64,000 bases of DNA. Origin: Gemmatimonadota bacterium (lineage in GTDB: Bacteria; Gemmatimonadota; Gemmatimonadetes; Gemmatimonadales; Gemmatimonadaceae). The translations under genes and the position numbers were made by a program. The stretch lies in the NCBI GenBank assembly GCA_040389905.1, contig JAZJZK010000009.1, positions 50,280 to 114,279 of the forward strand. The letters run 5' to 3'. The notes under the pieces were generated by a model that was given only the letters and a program-made list of their open reading frames with translations, searched no databases and had not been told where the DNA came from. The stretch's first letter is position 1. Each line of letters opens with the position of its first letter. Of this stretch, positions 1 through 9,815 are shown in pieces.

Positions 1-1
1 C

Positions 2-118
2 CGCTGCGTACCGCCGCTCCCAAACGCGCAACACGTCCTGCGTGAGCCCCGTCCGCTCAGACACGACCGCGATCGGATGACGCGCACTCGGCGCGACCTG
101 TTCCCTGGGTTTCTGCAT
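2..118 (-). CDS. MerR-family HTH regulator, CarH/LitR-like (N-terminus only; runs off window)
   Basis: Manual translation of the minus strand from ATG 118 gives MQKPREQVAPSARHPIAVVSERTGLTQDVLRVWERRYAA, a MerR helix-turn-helix with the WERRY motif typical of CarH/LitR. Not in the ORF track. Confidence 0.8.
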   Translation of the reverse strand, partial: MQKPREQVAPSARHPIAVVSERTGLTQDVLRVWERRYAA

Positions 119-148
119 TGGCACAGTAATGCGTAGCCGTCTAGCACA

Positions 149-223
149 TGTCAAGGCAAAAGATGGACATACACTTGACAACAGTGTGATACACAGTGGA
201 GATTGATGGACAAGTGATGGACA
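149..223. promoter_or_regulatory. Candidate CarH-type operator and divergent promoter
   Basis: TGGACA 164 with TTGACA 175, and TGGACA 207 with TGGACA 218, form two pairs 11 bp apart. Near-match TGGAGA at 197. TGTCAA at 149 reads TTGACA on the minus strand. Confidence 0.6.
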
Positions 224-271
224 ACCATTCGGTCCACGCGCACACACACTCACACCTGAAGGAGCTCTCCC

Positions 272-793
272 ATGAAAAAGACCGTACTCATGTCGCTGGC
301 GCTCGCCACGACCCTGTCAGCCATTCCATCCACGGTGCCTGCCCAGGCTACGGCCCGCGCGCAGAACATCCTGGAAGTCGCCGTGGCCGACGGCAGCTTC
401 AAGACGTTGGTAGCCGCGGTGCAGGCAGCCGGCCTGGCAGAGACGCTGAGCGGGCCCGGGCCGTTCACGGTATTCGCGCCGACCGACGCCGCGTTTGCCA
501 AGCTGCCTGCGGGCACTGTAGACGCGCTGCTGGCCGACAAGACGAAGCTCGCGTCCATCCTCACGTACCACGTGTTGAGCGGAAAGATTGGGGCGGGCGA
601 CGTGGTCAAGGCTGGTGGAGCGAAGCCCGCGACGGTCAATGGTCAGACGTTGGACATCGTCGTGCGGGCCGGAAAGGTGTACGTCAACGGTGCGCAGGTT
701 GTGTCGGCTGACATCGTTGCATCGAATGGCGTCATCCACGTGATCGACAGCGTGCTCCTGCCGAAGCAGGCAGTCGGTGCCGTCGCTCGCTGA
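272..793 (+). CDS. Secreted fasciclin (FAS1) domain protein
   Basis: Signal peptide. Motifs [32 protein letters not shown] and [22 protein letters not shown]. Confidence 0.95.
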   Translation: MKKTVLMSLALATTLSAIPSTVPAQATARAQNILEVAVADGSFKTLVAAVQAAGLAETLSGPGPFTVFAPTDAAFAKLPAGTVDALLADKTKLASILTYHVLSGKIGAGDVVKAGGAKPATVNGQTLDIVVRAGKVYVNGAQVVSADIVASNGVIHVIDSVLLPKQAVGAVAR

Positions 794-800
794 CCGGACG

Positions 801-1349
801 ATGATGCGCGTCTCCATCCTTGCCGCGGGCCTTGCCCTATTGCCCGCGGCAGGGGTGCGTGGCCAGGCGACCCCACAGGCAGTTGATTCCGTCGTGCGTT
901 TCCCGTTTGTCGACGCTTCCAACCTCGAAGGGCGCCCGTTCGCCGTACCGCGTGATTTCGCGGGTGCCCTCAACCTCGTGGTGCTGGCGTTCACGCGAGA
1001 GCAGCAGACGGACGTCGACGGCTGGATGCCCACACTGCGGGGCATCGCTGCCACACGTGCGAACGTTCGCGTTTACGAGCTTCCGGTCCTTGCGCGGCGT
1101 TATCGCCTGATCCGACGCGTCATCGATGGGGGAATGCGCAGCGGCATACCCGATCCCGCGGTGCGGGCTGCAACGATTACACTCTTCATCGACAAGTCAC
1201 CGTTCGAGCGTGCGCTTGGGATTCCGAACGAGGAACAGATCCAGATCCTCCTCGTCGATCGTCAGGGGACGGTGCGTTGGCGAGCGGCGGGGCGATACAC
1301 GGAAACGGTTGGCGGACAGTTGGCAACGCGCGTGGCCTCCACGCCGTAG
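801..1349 (+). CDS. Exported thioredoxin-like-fold hypothetical protein (ATP10-like)
   Basis: Signal peptide. FP..ASNLEG..F.VP.DF, LVVLAF.REQQ..VDGW and LLVDRQG.VRW..G. No CxxC. Starts 7 bp after the fasciclin gene. Confidence 0.6.
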   Translation: MMRVSILAAGLALLPAAGVRGQATPQAVDSVVRFPFVDASNLEGRPFAVPRDFAGALNLVVLAFTREQQTDVDGWMPTLRGIAATRANVRVYELPVLARRYRLIRRVIDGGMRSGIPDPAVRAATITLFIDKSPFERALGIPNEEQIQILLVDRQGTVRWRAAGRYTETVGGQLATRVASTP

Positions 1350-1470
1350 CGCGACGCGCTCCCTGCTAAGAGCGGCGGCAACGCGCGTCAAGGGCTGGCG
1401 CGGCCAGAACGGTGTGGCCCATACTCTCCAAAGAGGGGATAATGCCTGCCGCCGCTGATAGGAGCTTCCC

Positions 1471-4200
1471 ATGCCGACCACCGAATGCCGACCAGCGCTT
1501 CTCCGCATTGCTGCTGAACCGACCACCGCCACGAACAGGAAACTCTGGCGCGCGTTGACGCTCGAGGAACGTGAACGAGCGCTCGCCAGTGCGCTCGTCG
1601 ATGGCGACGCGGGCTCGGAAACGCGGCAGCAGGCAGAGATCGCTATCGCGAACAACCGCGGCTTTCGGAGGCAAAGCGTCGCCCGCTGGCCTGACCAGAA
1701 AATCGCGACGTGGGCCGCCAAGATCGAATCGCTTCCCTCGGAAACGATGTGGAATTCGATCGTGCACTTCCACATGACGCATCGTGTCGCGATGATGAGC
1801 CGGTTTCTCGATGGCGCCGGGATCGAGCACGAGGACGGCCGCTTCGTCGATGAGGGCCCCTCGGTGGCACTCGAGGCCGAGGTCCTTCGCGGCGCCGCAG
1901 ACACGCTGCTCGAGTCGTGGTCGCTCGATGATATCGTGCTGTACCTCCTCGCGCTGCGCATCAATTTCGCCGACGGATTCTGCAATCTCGACCCGTGGCT
2001 TACCTCGAGGACCGAGTTCGAGCCCACCCCCGCCATTATCGACGAGCCCCCGACAAGTGAGCCGCGAATTCTTCCCCTCGGCGGGCGTGATTTCACGACG
2101 CTCGATAGGCGGCTCATCCGCTGCATCGTCGACGCCGCCGCGGGTGTCATCGGTGCCGAGTCAGAGGAAGAACTCGATGATCTTCTGCTCGAGATGGAGC
2201 AACTGAACGCCAGCAGACATTCGACCTTCTTTCACGGTGGGTTCCGTGATTCAATGTTCGGTCGCGCACCTAAGGATGAGCTTCCTGCCGAGAACGAGAC
2301 GCGCCGACGCTGGTACTGGTCAGGGTATGTGACCGGCCTCGCACGCAGGGACGAGTGGCACGAGATCGCGCGCTACCATGCGCTCGAGCCCACCGTGCGC
2401 GCGCTCGGCAGCAAGGCGGACGGCCCAGCGCGCATAGCGGCGGAACTCGTGTTCAGGTCATTGGTGCGCGTCGAGCGGTACGCTGAAGCAGCCGCCTTCG
2501 TCGCACCTCAGGCGGCAGCGACGTCGGAACAACTTCGGAGCGCAATGCTCGAAGCCGCGGTGGACTTGATTCGTCGCGGTCGCGCGAGCGAGGCACGGCC
2601 GTTGCTCGATAGTCTGTGGTCGGTTGCGCGGAGTGAGAAGGTAGCAATCGATTCGAAATTTCTCGTTGAAGTCCAACGCCGGCGCGCCCTGTGCCTCCGC
2701 CAGCTCGGTGACCAACGCGAAGCAATCGACATCCTCGACGAGCTCGCACGCCACGACGATCCACGGATTCGTGCAATCGCACATACGGACATCGGGCTGA
2801 TCAAGGCTGGTTACAGGCGGCTTGGAGATCTGACACTGCCTGTCGAACGCAGCGAGCTTTCCACGCTCATCGAGTCGCTCGAACGAGGAGAGACCGCGTG
2901 GATGGATGCGGCGCGCACGCCGGGCTTTTCCCCGGCGCACGCGAACTTCGCGCTCGGCGTTCTGGCGCTCGCTCGTGAGAAGTATCTGGAAGCCGACCAC
3001 CGGCTCGGCGACGCAGTCGTCGTGTTCAGCGGAAAACCGGACGTGTATAGCTCCGACGGGTCGCTTGGACTCGCGCAGTTGTACTTGGGGGTCTCCATTT
3101 GCTTGACACTCGACAATCCTGGCCGACTCGCGCACGCGCGCGAATTGATCGTGGCCGGCCTCGACGCGGGTGCTCGGGTGCCGCGATGGCTTATCAGCTC
3201 GATCGTGGAGTCGCTCGCGCTCCAGAACGGCCAGCTCGCCGGAGAGGCGGCATCGGCCCTGCTCGTGCGTGCCGACGAGGGCATTCTCGACGAACTGATC
3301 ACCGCGGCGTCACCTGCCATCATTCCAGCGATCCGGCCCGCATTGTTCCAGCGCGCGTCGTCGCCATCGCGATCGGACACGCTCCGTGCAAAAGACTATC
3401 GCCTCGTTGTCCCGTGGTTGCTCGAAGCGCACGAGGTCGACAAGGCAAAGGATGCGCTCGGATTCCTCGAGCACTCCGCAACGCTGGGCATCGGGAGAAC
3501 GGAATTGCTTTCGCTGATCGTCGAGGGTGACCTGAGCCCGGCATGGAGCGCGGAGCAGTGTGCCGAAATGCGGATTCATCTCCTCGAACTTCAGGGCGAC
3601 TACGCTGGCGCCGCGTGGGCGGTGGAGGAGATTGCGCACGCGATGCTGGCTGCCGGTGAACCCAATGCGCTCGATAACGCCGAGCTTCTGCTCCTCCTCC
3701 TCGAAGGGTACGGACCCGCAGGGGCGGACAGCCACTATCGGTTGCGTGGTGTCGTTGAAGCGCGGACCGCGGCGCGCGACCGCGAGGAAAGCGTTGCGCT
3801 CGATTCCGGCGTACACCAGGACGAGCGGTGCGACGTCCTGATCCTCGTGGTCGGCGGCAACGAGGTCCATGCACGAATGGACACGGACATTCGCGCGCGC
3901 ATTGCCGCCGACCTGCCGGGCGTCAGCGTGGAGTTTCTCCATTCTGGATGGACTGGAAACTGGAGTGTCCACGTGGAACAGTTCGAGCGGCTGGTCGCCC
4001 GCGCAGACGGCGTGGTCATGTTGCAGTTGATGCGAACGATGTTCGGGCGGTCCGTGCGCGCGCGCTGTCATGTTCCGTGGCGGGGATGTCGCGGCAGAGG
4101 CCAGGGCGAAATCGTGAATACCGTGAAGCGAGTCGTTCCGGCGGCGCGGGCGCGGTTAGCTGGACGCACGCCGCAGTCGACGGACGGAGCGATCGCGTGA
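1471..4200 (+). CDS. Large alpha-helical (TPR-like) protein with a C-terminal DUF2325-like alpha/beta domain
   Basis: 909-aa ORF with AGGAG RBS. Ala/Leu-rich helical repeats (RALCLRQLGDQREAIDIL, ANFALGVLALAREKYLEA). C-terminal ILVVGGN...ADGVVML. Confidence 0.6.
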   Translation: MPTTECRPALLRIAAEPTTATNRKLWRALTLEERERALASALVDGDAGSETRQQAEIAIANNRGFRRQSVARWPDQKIATWAAKIESLPSETMWNSIVHFHMTHRVAMMSRFLDGAGIEHEDGRFVDEGPSVALEAEVLRGAADTLLESWSLDDIVLYLLALRINFADGFCNLDPWLTSRTEFEPTPAIIDEPPTSEPRILPLGGRDFTTLDRRLIRCIVDAAAGVIGAESEEELDDLLLEMEQLNASRHSTFFHGGFRDSMFGRAPKDELPAENETRRRWYWSGYVTGLARRDEWHEIARYHALEPTVRALGSKADGPARIAAELVFRSLVRVERYAEAAAFVAPQAAATSEQLRSAMLEAAVDLIRRGRASEARPLLDSLWSVARSEKVAIDSKFLVEVQRRRALCLRQLGDQREAIDILDELARHDDPRIRAIAHTDIGLIKAGYRRLGDLTLPVERSELSTLIESLERGETAWMDAARTPGFSPAHANFALGVLALAREKYLEADHRLGDAVVVFSGKPDVYSSDGSLGLAQLYLGVSICLTLDNPGRLAHARELIVAGLDAGARVPRWLISSIVESLALQNGQLAGEAASALLVRADEGILDELITAASPAIIPAIRPALFQRASSPSRSDTLRAKDYRLVVPWLLEAHEVDKAKDALGFLEHSATLGIGRTELLSLIVEGDLSPAWSAEQCAEMRIHLLELQGDYAGAAWAVEEIAHAMLAAGEPNALDNAELLLLLLEGYGPAGADSHYRLRGVVEARTAARDREESVALDSGVHQDERCDVLILVVGGNEVHARMDTDIRARIAADLPGVSVEFLHSGWTGNWSVHVEQFERLVARADGVVMLQLMRTMFGRSVRARCHVPWRGCRGRGQGEIVNTVKRVVPAARARLAGRTPQSTDGAIA

Positions 4201-4345
4201 ATGCGATTCCCTCAATGAAAATCAAGGGAAGGGGCTGCACAGTGGTGGTGCCTGCCGCTAAATACGGACGACAGGTACGTACACCGGAGTTTCGCGATGA
4301 CGCGAATGATGTCGGACATTCCATTGCTCATCGGCAGCGCAAACG

Positions 4346-6778
4346 GTGAGGCAGCGCCGTCGCGTGCGTAACCCCGACGTTGCGGCGCCCGATCACCGGC
4401 CCTATGGCGCAGACGATGCCCCTCGGTGGCGAGCCGAGGTCCTCCAGCAGCTGACGTCCGGGCTCGTGCGCCTCCAGTCCGTCGCCGAGATCGGCGCGTT
4501 CTGCTCACGAGAGCTCAGCGGCATCATCGGCGCCGACACGTGCTGGGCCGGCCAGTTGACGAATGACGGACAATCGATCGAGACGATCGCGCTCCACGGC
4601 GTGCCGGACGCGGTCGCGGGTCCATGGCAGCGCTTTTCCATCGACGCGCCCGTTCCCATCAGTACCGCGCTACGCGAGCGGCGCGCGCTCTGGTTCAGCG
4701 ACAAGGCCGCCCTCCTCGAAGCGTTTCCGGGGTACGCCTACACCGCGCGCGCGATCGACCGCGAAGCGACCGCCTTCGTTCCTCTGGCGGTTGGCGGCAG
4801 TGGGGGCGAGGCGCGCGCGGTTGGTGCCCTCTCGATCGGATTCCGTCTGCGCCATGTGTTCGACGAAACGACGCGCGCCTTCATAATGACGCTGGCGCAA
4901 CAATGCGCGCTCGCGCTCGACCGTGCACGCCTGCTCGAGGCGGAGCGAGCGGCGCGGGCGGCGGCAGACCACGCCGCCAGCCGGACAGCGCGGCTCCAGG
5001 CGGTGACGGCGGCACTCTCCAAGGCGCTTGCTGCGAAAGAGATTGCCGAAGTCATCACCGAACAAGGAAGCGCCGCATTCGACGCCGACGGCGCAGCCGT
5101 CTACATCCTGGATGACAGCGGGATGGCACTCACGATGTTGGCGGACCGGGGCTTCTCGAAATTCACGAGAAGGACGTTCGCTACCGTGCCACTCGACGCG
5201 AAGGTCCCTGCGGCGGACGTTGTGCGAACGAGCGAATCGCTCTTCGTGTCCGACTTCGACGCGCTCGTCGGCCGGTATCCGAACCTCGCAGAGGCGATTG
5301 CCACGACTGGTCGTCAGGCAATCGCCGGCGTTCCCCTCCGCGACACGCGTGGCACAGTCGGTGTCCTGATCTTCGCCTTCGACAGACCGCAGATGTTTAC
5401 GACGGCCGACCGCGCCTTTGCGACCGCGCTCGCCACGCAGTGCGTGCAGGCCTTCGAGCGTGCGCGACTCTACGAAGCACATAGCGCGTCCGCACGACGT
5501 GCGGCGTTTCTCTCCGACGCGTCGCGCACGTTGGCGTTACCCCTCGAGACGACGGAACTTCTGCGGCTGCTTGCTGAGCTCCCCGTTCCTGTCATCGCTG
5601 ACTACTCGATCGTCTATCGTGTTGGCGCGGATGGGATGGGGCATCGCGTCGCCCGCGCGCACGTGAGCGCGGCCGGCGCCCAGGTACTGGACAGTCTCGA
5701 GCGCGAGTATCCGCTCGCGCACGCATCCGAGGTGCCTGCGGCGCGTGTGCTTCGGACACACGAGACATTGTTTCTCCCACTCATGCGCCTGGACGACGTC
5801 TCGGTGGTGGCTCCGGACGAGCGCTACATGGACCTCGTCGCCGAGTTGGAACCGTGTTCCGGCATCGTGGTGCCGCTCGTTGCTCGGGGACGCGCGCTTG
5901 GCGCGCTCGTGCTCGCGATGGCGTCGCGCGCGCGCGGTGGTTCCGCGCGGCAGTTCACGACGGACGACGTCACGCTCGCGCAGTCGCTCGCGGAACGCGC
6001 AGCGCTCGCACTCGATGCCCTGATGATCCTCGAGGACGCCGAGCGTGCGCGCGAAGATGCCGAACACGCCAATCGCGCCAAGAGCGACTTCCTCGCGACG
6101 ATGAGCCATGAGTTGAGAACGCCGCTCAACGCCATCGCTGGTCATGTGCAGCTGATCGACATGGGCCTGCACGGCCCGGTGACAGAGGCGCAGCACGTCA
6201 CGCTGCAGCGGGTCACGCGCGCGCAAGAGCGCTTGCTCGGCTTGATCAACGACATTCTCAACTTCGCGCGTCTCGAGGCAGGCCACGTCGAATACCGGAT
6301 CGAGCCGATCTCCGTCAGCGATGTGACGGCGGAGATGGTCGGCTTGATGGAGCCGCAGTTTGTCGCGCGCTCGATCGCCATCGAGATCCGCGTCGCAGCG
6401 CAGAACGGCGCGTCGCCGCTCATCGTTCGCGCCGATGCCGAGAAGCTCGCACAAGTGCTGTTGAACCTTCTGTCGAACTCGGTCAAGTTCACGCCGCCCG
6501 GTGGGCGCGTCACGATCGAGTTCGTCCCCAACCCGTCGGAAGACGGCATTGCACTATTGCAGGTGCGCGACAACGGCGTGGGCATTCCTGCCGACAAGCT
6601 GCAAACGATCTTCGAGCCGTTCGTTCAGCTCGGGCGAGGGCTCACTCGGAACGCCGAAGGAACCGGGCTCGGTCTCTCGATCAGCCGCGATCTCATGCGC
6701 AGTATGGGCGGTGACCTCGTCGCGGAAAGCGTGCTCGGCGCGGGGAGCACATTCACGATCCAGCTCGTCCGCGCCTGA
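4346..6778 (+). CDS. Cytoplasmic multi-GAF sensor histidine kinase
   Basis: Three GAF-like repeats. H-box FLATMSHELRTPLN, N-box QVLLNLLSNSVKF, and G-boxes DNGVGI and GTGLGL. Confidence 0.93.
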   Translation: MRQRRRVRNPDVAAPDHRPYGADDAPRWRAEVLQQLTSGLVRLQSVAEIGAFCSRELSGIIGADTCWAGQLTNDGQSIETIALHGVPDAVAGPWQRFSIDAPVPISTALRERRALWFSDKAALLEAFPGYAYTARAIDREATAFVPLAVGGSGGEARAVGALSIGFRLRHVFDETTRAFIMTLAQQCALALDRARLLEAERAARAAADHAASRTARLQAVTAALSKALAAKEIAEVITEQGSAAFDADGAAVYILDDSGMALTMLADRGFSKFTRRTFATVPLDAKVPAADVVRTSESLFVSDFDALVGRYPNLAEAIATTGRQAIAGVPLRDTRGTVGVLIFAFDRPQMFTTADRAFATALATQCVQAFERARLYEAHSASARRAAFLSDASRTLALPLETTELLRLLAELPVPVIADYSIVYRVGADGMGHRVARAHVSAAGAQVLDSLEREYPLAHASEVPAARVLRTHETLFLPLMRLDDVSVVAPDERYMDLVAELEPCSGIVVPLVARGRALGALVLAMASRARGGSARQFTTDDVTLAQSLAERAALALDALMILEDAERAREDAEHANRAKSDFLATMSHELRTPLNAIAGHVQLIDMGLHGPVTEAQHVTLQRVTRAQERLLGLINDILNFARLEAGHVEYRIEPISVSDVTAEMVGLMEPQFVARSIAIEIRVAAQNGASPLIVRADAEKLAQVLLNLLSNSVKFTPPGGRVTIEFVPNPSEDGIALLQVRDNGVGIPADKLQTIFEPFVQLGRGLTRNAEGTGLGLSISRDLMRSMGGDLVAESVLGAGSTFTIQLVRA

Positions 6779-6790
6779 GCAATCGGCGGC

Positions 6791-7285
6791 TCAGTACAGC
6801 CGCGCCAGCACTTCCTGCAGCAGGGTCGCCGGAACATTGGTGAAGGTGAGTCGCTCTGTGCCCTGGCTCACGACGGCGCGCCGCACCAGCCCATCGGCTC
6901 CACGGTAGTACACATAGCGTGATGCGCCTGACGGGGTCGTGCGGATGACGGTGTAGCCGCGTCGTCCGAGGATGTCACCGAGGACGGTCGCGCCCTCGAG
7001 CGTGCCATACCGTTTCTTGTACTGGCCCGGCGGCATTCCACCAGGCTTCTTCGCGAGGCCAGGCGGCACTTTCACGCCGTTGCGATACACGCCGTCGCGA
7101 TACACCCCGTCGCGAATGCCGTCATGATTTCGGTCGTCGACCCGAACGACCTTCGCCTTGTCGTGATCCTTGTCGGGTCCCTTGTCGGGCTTGCCCTTGC
7201 TCTTGCCCTGCGCAGCCGCGGCGCCCGTCGCGAGCGTGAGGAGCGCGATGGCGACTCCGATGGCGCGTCGAGAGTTGATGATCAT
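6791..7285 (-). CDS. Exported hypothetical protein with PPGLAKK/PPGQ motifs
   Basis: GGAGG RBS before ATG 7285. Signal peptide ending AAAQ, Lys/Asp-rich linker, VPPGLAKKPGGMPPGQYKK. Confidence 0.75.
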   Translation of the reverse strand: MIINSRRAIGVAIALLTLATGAAAAQGKSKGKPDKGPDKDHDKAKVVRVDDRNHDGIRDGVYRDGVYRNGVKVPPGLAKKPGGMPPGQYKKRYGTLEGATVLGDILGRRGYTVIRTTPSGASRYVYYRGADGLVRRAVVSQGTERLTFTNVPATLLQEVLARLY

Positions 7286-7580
7286 GGTGAGCCTCCGATT
7301 GAGTGTGGCTCGGGCGCGAGGACACTCCGGGCGCCCAGCCACGCCTGCTTCACAAGGCAGCTTTCGCGCCGGATCACGGGAAACAGCTAACATCCTCGCC
7401 AGTAGTGGGTTAGGGCGAGGTCGCCGCATTCGTCACGCCTGTGTTCGTATCGAATCGCGGACGGGATTTCCAATACTGGGACACCGGGCGGGCGAGCTTC
7501 GGGAGCATCTCGGGAGACCGCTTCGCAGGAGGCAGGGTTTGCGATTGCGCTGTGTTCTGGTATAAGTTCCATATCAAGTA

Positions 7581-7611
7581 GTTCCATAGGTGGAACTTCC
7601 AGCACTGGAAC
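7581..7611. promoter_or_regulatory. Adjacent palindromes upstream of the ATPase gene (candidate operator)
   Basis: GTTCCA-TAGG-TGGAAC is followed by TTCCAG-CA-CTGGAA, ending just before ATG 7614. Confidence 0.45.
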
Positions 7612-7613
7612 CA

Positions 7614-9038
7614 ATGAGCGCTCCGTCGATCAAGCCAACGGATATCACCGACCGCGACAGGGAGTGGGCCATCCTGCAGTCGCTCTGGGGGAGCTCGTCA
7701 CCCGAACTCGTGTTCGTCGTCGGGCGGCGTCGCGTCGGCAAGAGCTTTCTCCTCGGTCGCTTCGCGCGGGAAGCGCGTGGGCTCTACTATCAGGCGACGC
7801 GCCGGACCGAGGCGGAGCAACTCGCGCAGCTCAGCCGAGCGGTCGGGGAGCATTTTGCCGATTCAGCGCTCCAGCAGGGCGTGGCATTCCCGGATTGGGA
7901 AGCACTGTTCGCGTACATCGCCGGCCGCGTCGCGGGTGAGCCGTTTCTGCTCGTCCTCGACGAGTTTCCGTATCTCGCCGATGCGGCGCCGGCGCTTACA
8001 TCAATCCTGCAAGCGTGGTGGGATCACCGGTGGGTAGGCACGCGGATGAAACTGGTGCTCTGCGGTTCCCACATTACTGCAATGCGTCGACTGGAGGCGG
8101 CAGATCAACCACTGTACGGCAGGCGAACTCGGCGCATGGTCCTCCATCCGTTCACTCCGCGGGATGTCGGCGCGTTCGTACCTCGGTACGACGCGCGCGA
8201 TGTGCTTACGGCGTACGGTCTCTTCGGAGGGTTGCCTGGGCACCTCAGCTTGCTCGATCCCGCGCGATCGCTCGCTGCAAACGCCGCGACGCTCCTGCTC
8301 GACAGCTCAGGGCGGCTGGCGGATGAAGCCCAGCATATGCTCGATGCATTCCTTGGAGATGCCGCGGTCCACTACTCCATTCTCGAGGCCGTCGCGACCG
8401 GCGACCAGACGTGGAAAGGGATCACGAATCGCATCGGCAGGAGTGGGGGCGCGGCACTTCGGCCCCTCGACTGGTTGGTGGGCATGCTCATCCTCGAGCG
8501 CGTGGTACCGATCTCCGAGCGCGACCCGCGCAAGTCGAAGCGTGCGCTCTACCGCATCGCGGATCCGTATGTCGGGTTCTGGCACCGCTTCGTAGCGCCT
8601 CTCGCCGCGTCGGGTGCGATTGGGCTCGTCCCGCCGGAACGGCTGTGGAGCACGAGCGTTTCGCCACAGGTCGCCGACTACATGGGGCCGGTGTTCGAGG
8701 ACGTGTGCCGGCAGGCGGTGCGCTCGGGCCGCGTGCAGATGCCGTTCGAGCTCGCGCGCGTGGGAGAGTGGTGGAACAGCTCGTCCACCGAGCAGATCGA
8801 TGTCGTGGTGCTCGGCGGCACCCGCGAGATGTTCATCGCCGAGTGTAAATGGGGGCGAGTCACCTCCGATGATCTCGAACGCTTGGAGCGGCGTGGCCAG
8901 CTCATTGCGGGCGAGATTGGAGGGGTTCGACGCACGCATGTCGCAGTGTTCTCCGGCAGCAACACGTTCGACGCCGGCGTCACCCGCGCGATCGAATCTG
9001 GACGGATTCTCGGCTACTCAGCGAACCACCTCATCTGA
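7614..9038 (+). CDS. P-loop ATPase with wHTH and C-terminal PD-(D/E)XK-like DUF234 domain (archaeal ATPase family)
   Basis: Walker A GRRRVGKS, Walker B LVLDEFPY, LCGS, YRIADPY..FW.RF, and C-terminal EQIDVV...AECKW. Confidence 0.9.
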   Translation: MSAPSIKPTDITDRDREWAILQSLWGSSSPELVFVVGRRRVGKSFLLGRFAREARGLYYQATRRTEAEQLAQLSRAVGEHFADSALQQGVAFPDWEALFAYIAGRVAGEPFLLVLDEFPYLADAAPALTSILQAWWDHRWVGTRMKLVLCGSHITAMRRLEAADQPLYGRRTRRMVLHPFTPRDVGAFVPRYDARDVLTAYGLFGGLPGHLSLLDPARSLAANAATLLLDSSGRLADEAQHMLDAFLGDAAVHYSILEAVATGDQTWKGITNRIGRSGGAALRPLDWLVGMLILERVVPISERDPRKSKRALYRIADPYVGFWHRFVAPLAASGAIGLVPPERLWSTSVSPQVADYMGPVFEDVCRQAVRSGRVQMPFELARVGEWWNSSSTEQIDVVVLGGTREMFIAECKWGRVTSDDLERLERRGQLIAGEIGGVRRTHVAVFSGSNTFDAGVTRAIESGRILGYSANHLI

Positions 9039-9040
9039 GA

Positions 9041-9079
9041 AAAAACGAGCGGGGGACGCCCACCAGCGTCCCCCGCTCG
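9041..9079 (-). terminator. Intrinsic terminator between convergent genes
   Basis: 14-bp stem CGAGCGGGGGACGC / GCGTCCCCCGCTCG with a 6-nt loop. The preceding A-run reads as a U-tail on the minus strand. Confidence 0.8.
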
Positions 9080-9099
9080 CACCACTCGCCGTCCGAGAC

Positions 9100-9717
9100 C
9101 TACCGGCGAAAGCCTCCGCCAAATGCCCGGCCTTGCGGCACGAGCGGCATCGCGAGGTTGGGGCGCCCGATCTCCTGTGGAGTCGTATGCGTGTCCGTGC
9201 GTGGATCGCATTTCTCGTTTCCCGTTCGTCCGCCGCGAATGACGACACTGAAGGGTGGTGTGAGCGACACCGGATCACGAGGCATCTCACCGGCGTGATC
9301 GATCATGGCCATCTGCTGGAGATCCGGTCTCGCACTCGCGCTCGACGGTGCCTCGGCTGGTGCCTTCATCGCGACAACGAGAGTTGCATCTTCGGCTCGC
9401 GCGTCAGACGCGAGCACGGTCGGTGGCTTTACGGCCAGAGCGCTGTACGGATCGTGGGCCGGGATGGCCTCGGGCATTACCATGCTGTGCGTCGCCACAG
9501 TGCGGAGCGGAGTGCCGCCGCTTCTGGGCTTCGCTCGCTCGATGTCGGATACGAAGCGCATCCGCTGGGCGCTCTGCGGTGCCGGAGTCAACTCGGCGTA
9601 CGATGGTGTCGTTGTTGCCGCTTTCGCGGAGGTGCCGGCGATTCCATCTTCGCTGCGGCTGCACGCCGCGAGCAGGAGAGGAAGTGAGAGCATGCCGAGC
9701 TTGATGTCGGTCCGCAT
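9100..9717 (-). CDS. Hypothetical lipoprotein
   Basis: GGAG RBS, lipobox LLAAC, low-complexity body. Confidence 0.65.
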   Translation of the reverse strand: MRTDIKLGMLSLPLLLAACSRSEDGIAGTSAKAATTTPSYAELTPAPQSAQRMRFVSDIERAKPRSGGTPLRTVATHSMVMPEAIPAHDPYSALAVKPPTVLASDARAEDATLVVAMKAPAEAPSSASARPDLQQMAMIDHAGEMPRDPVSLTPPFSVVIRGGRTGNEKCDPRTDTHTTPQEIGRPNLAMPLVPQGRAFGGGFRR

Positions 9718-9815
9718 ACGAATCTCCGGAGTGTGGAACCAGCGTCGCAGCCGATGCGAGTATACAATTATGCGTACACATTTCGAGATGCGCAATACCC
9801 CGTTCCAGCCTACCG

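Noticed and set aside
9790..9810. Possible sigma-54 promoter TGGAACGGGGTATTGC on the minus strand
   Set aside because: The spacing is GG-N11-GC rather than the required N10.
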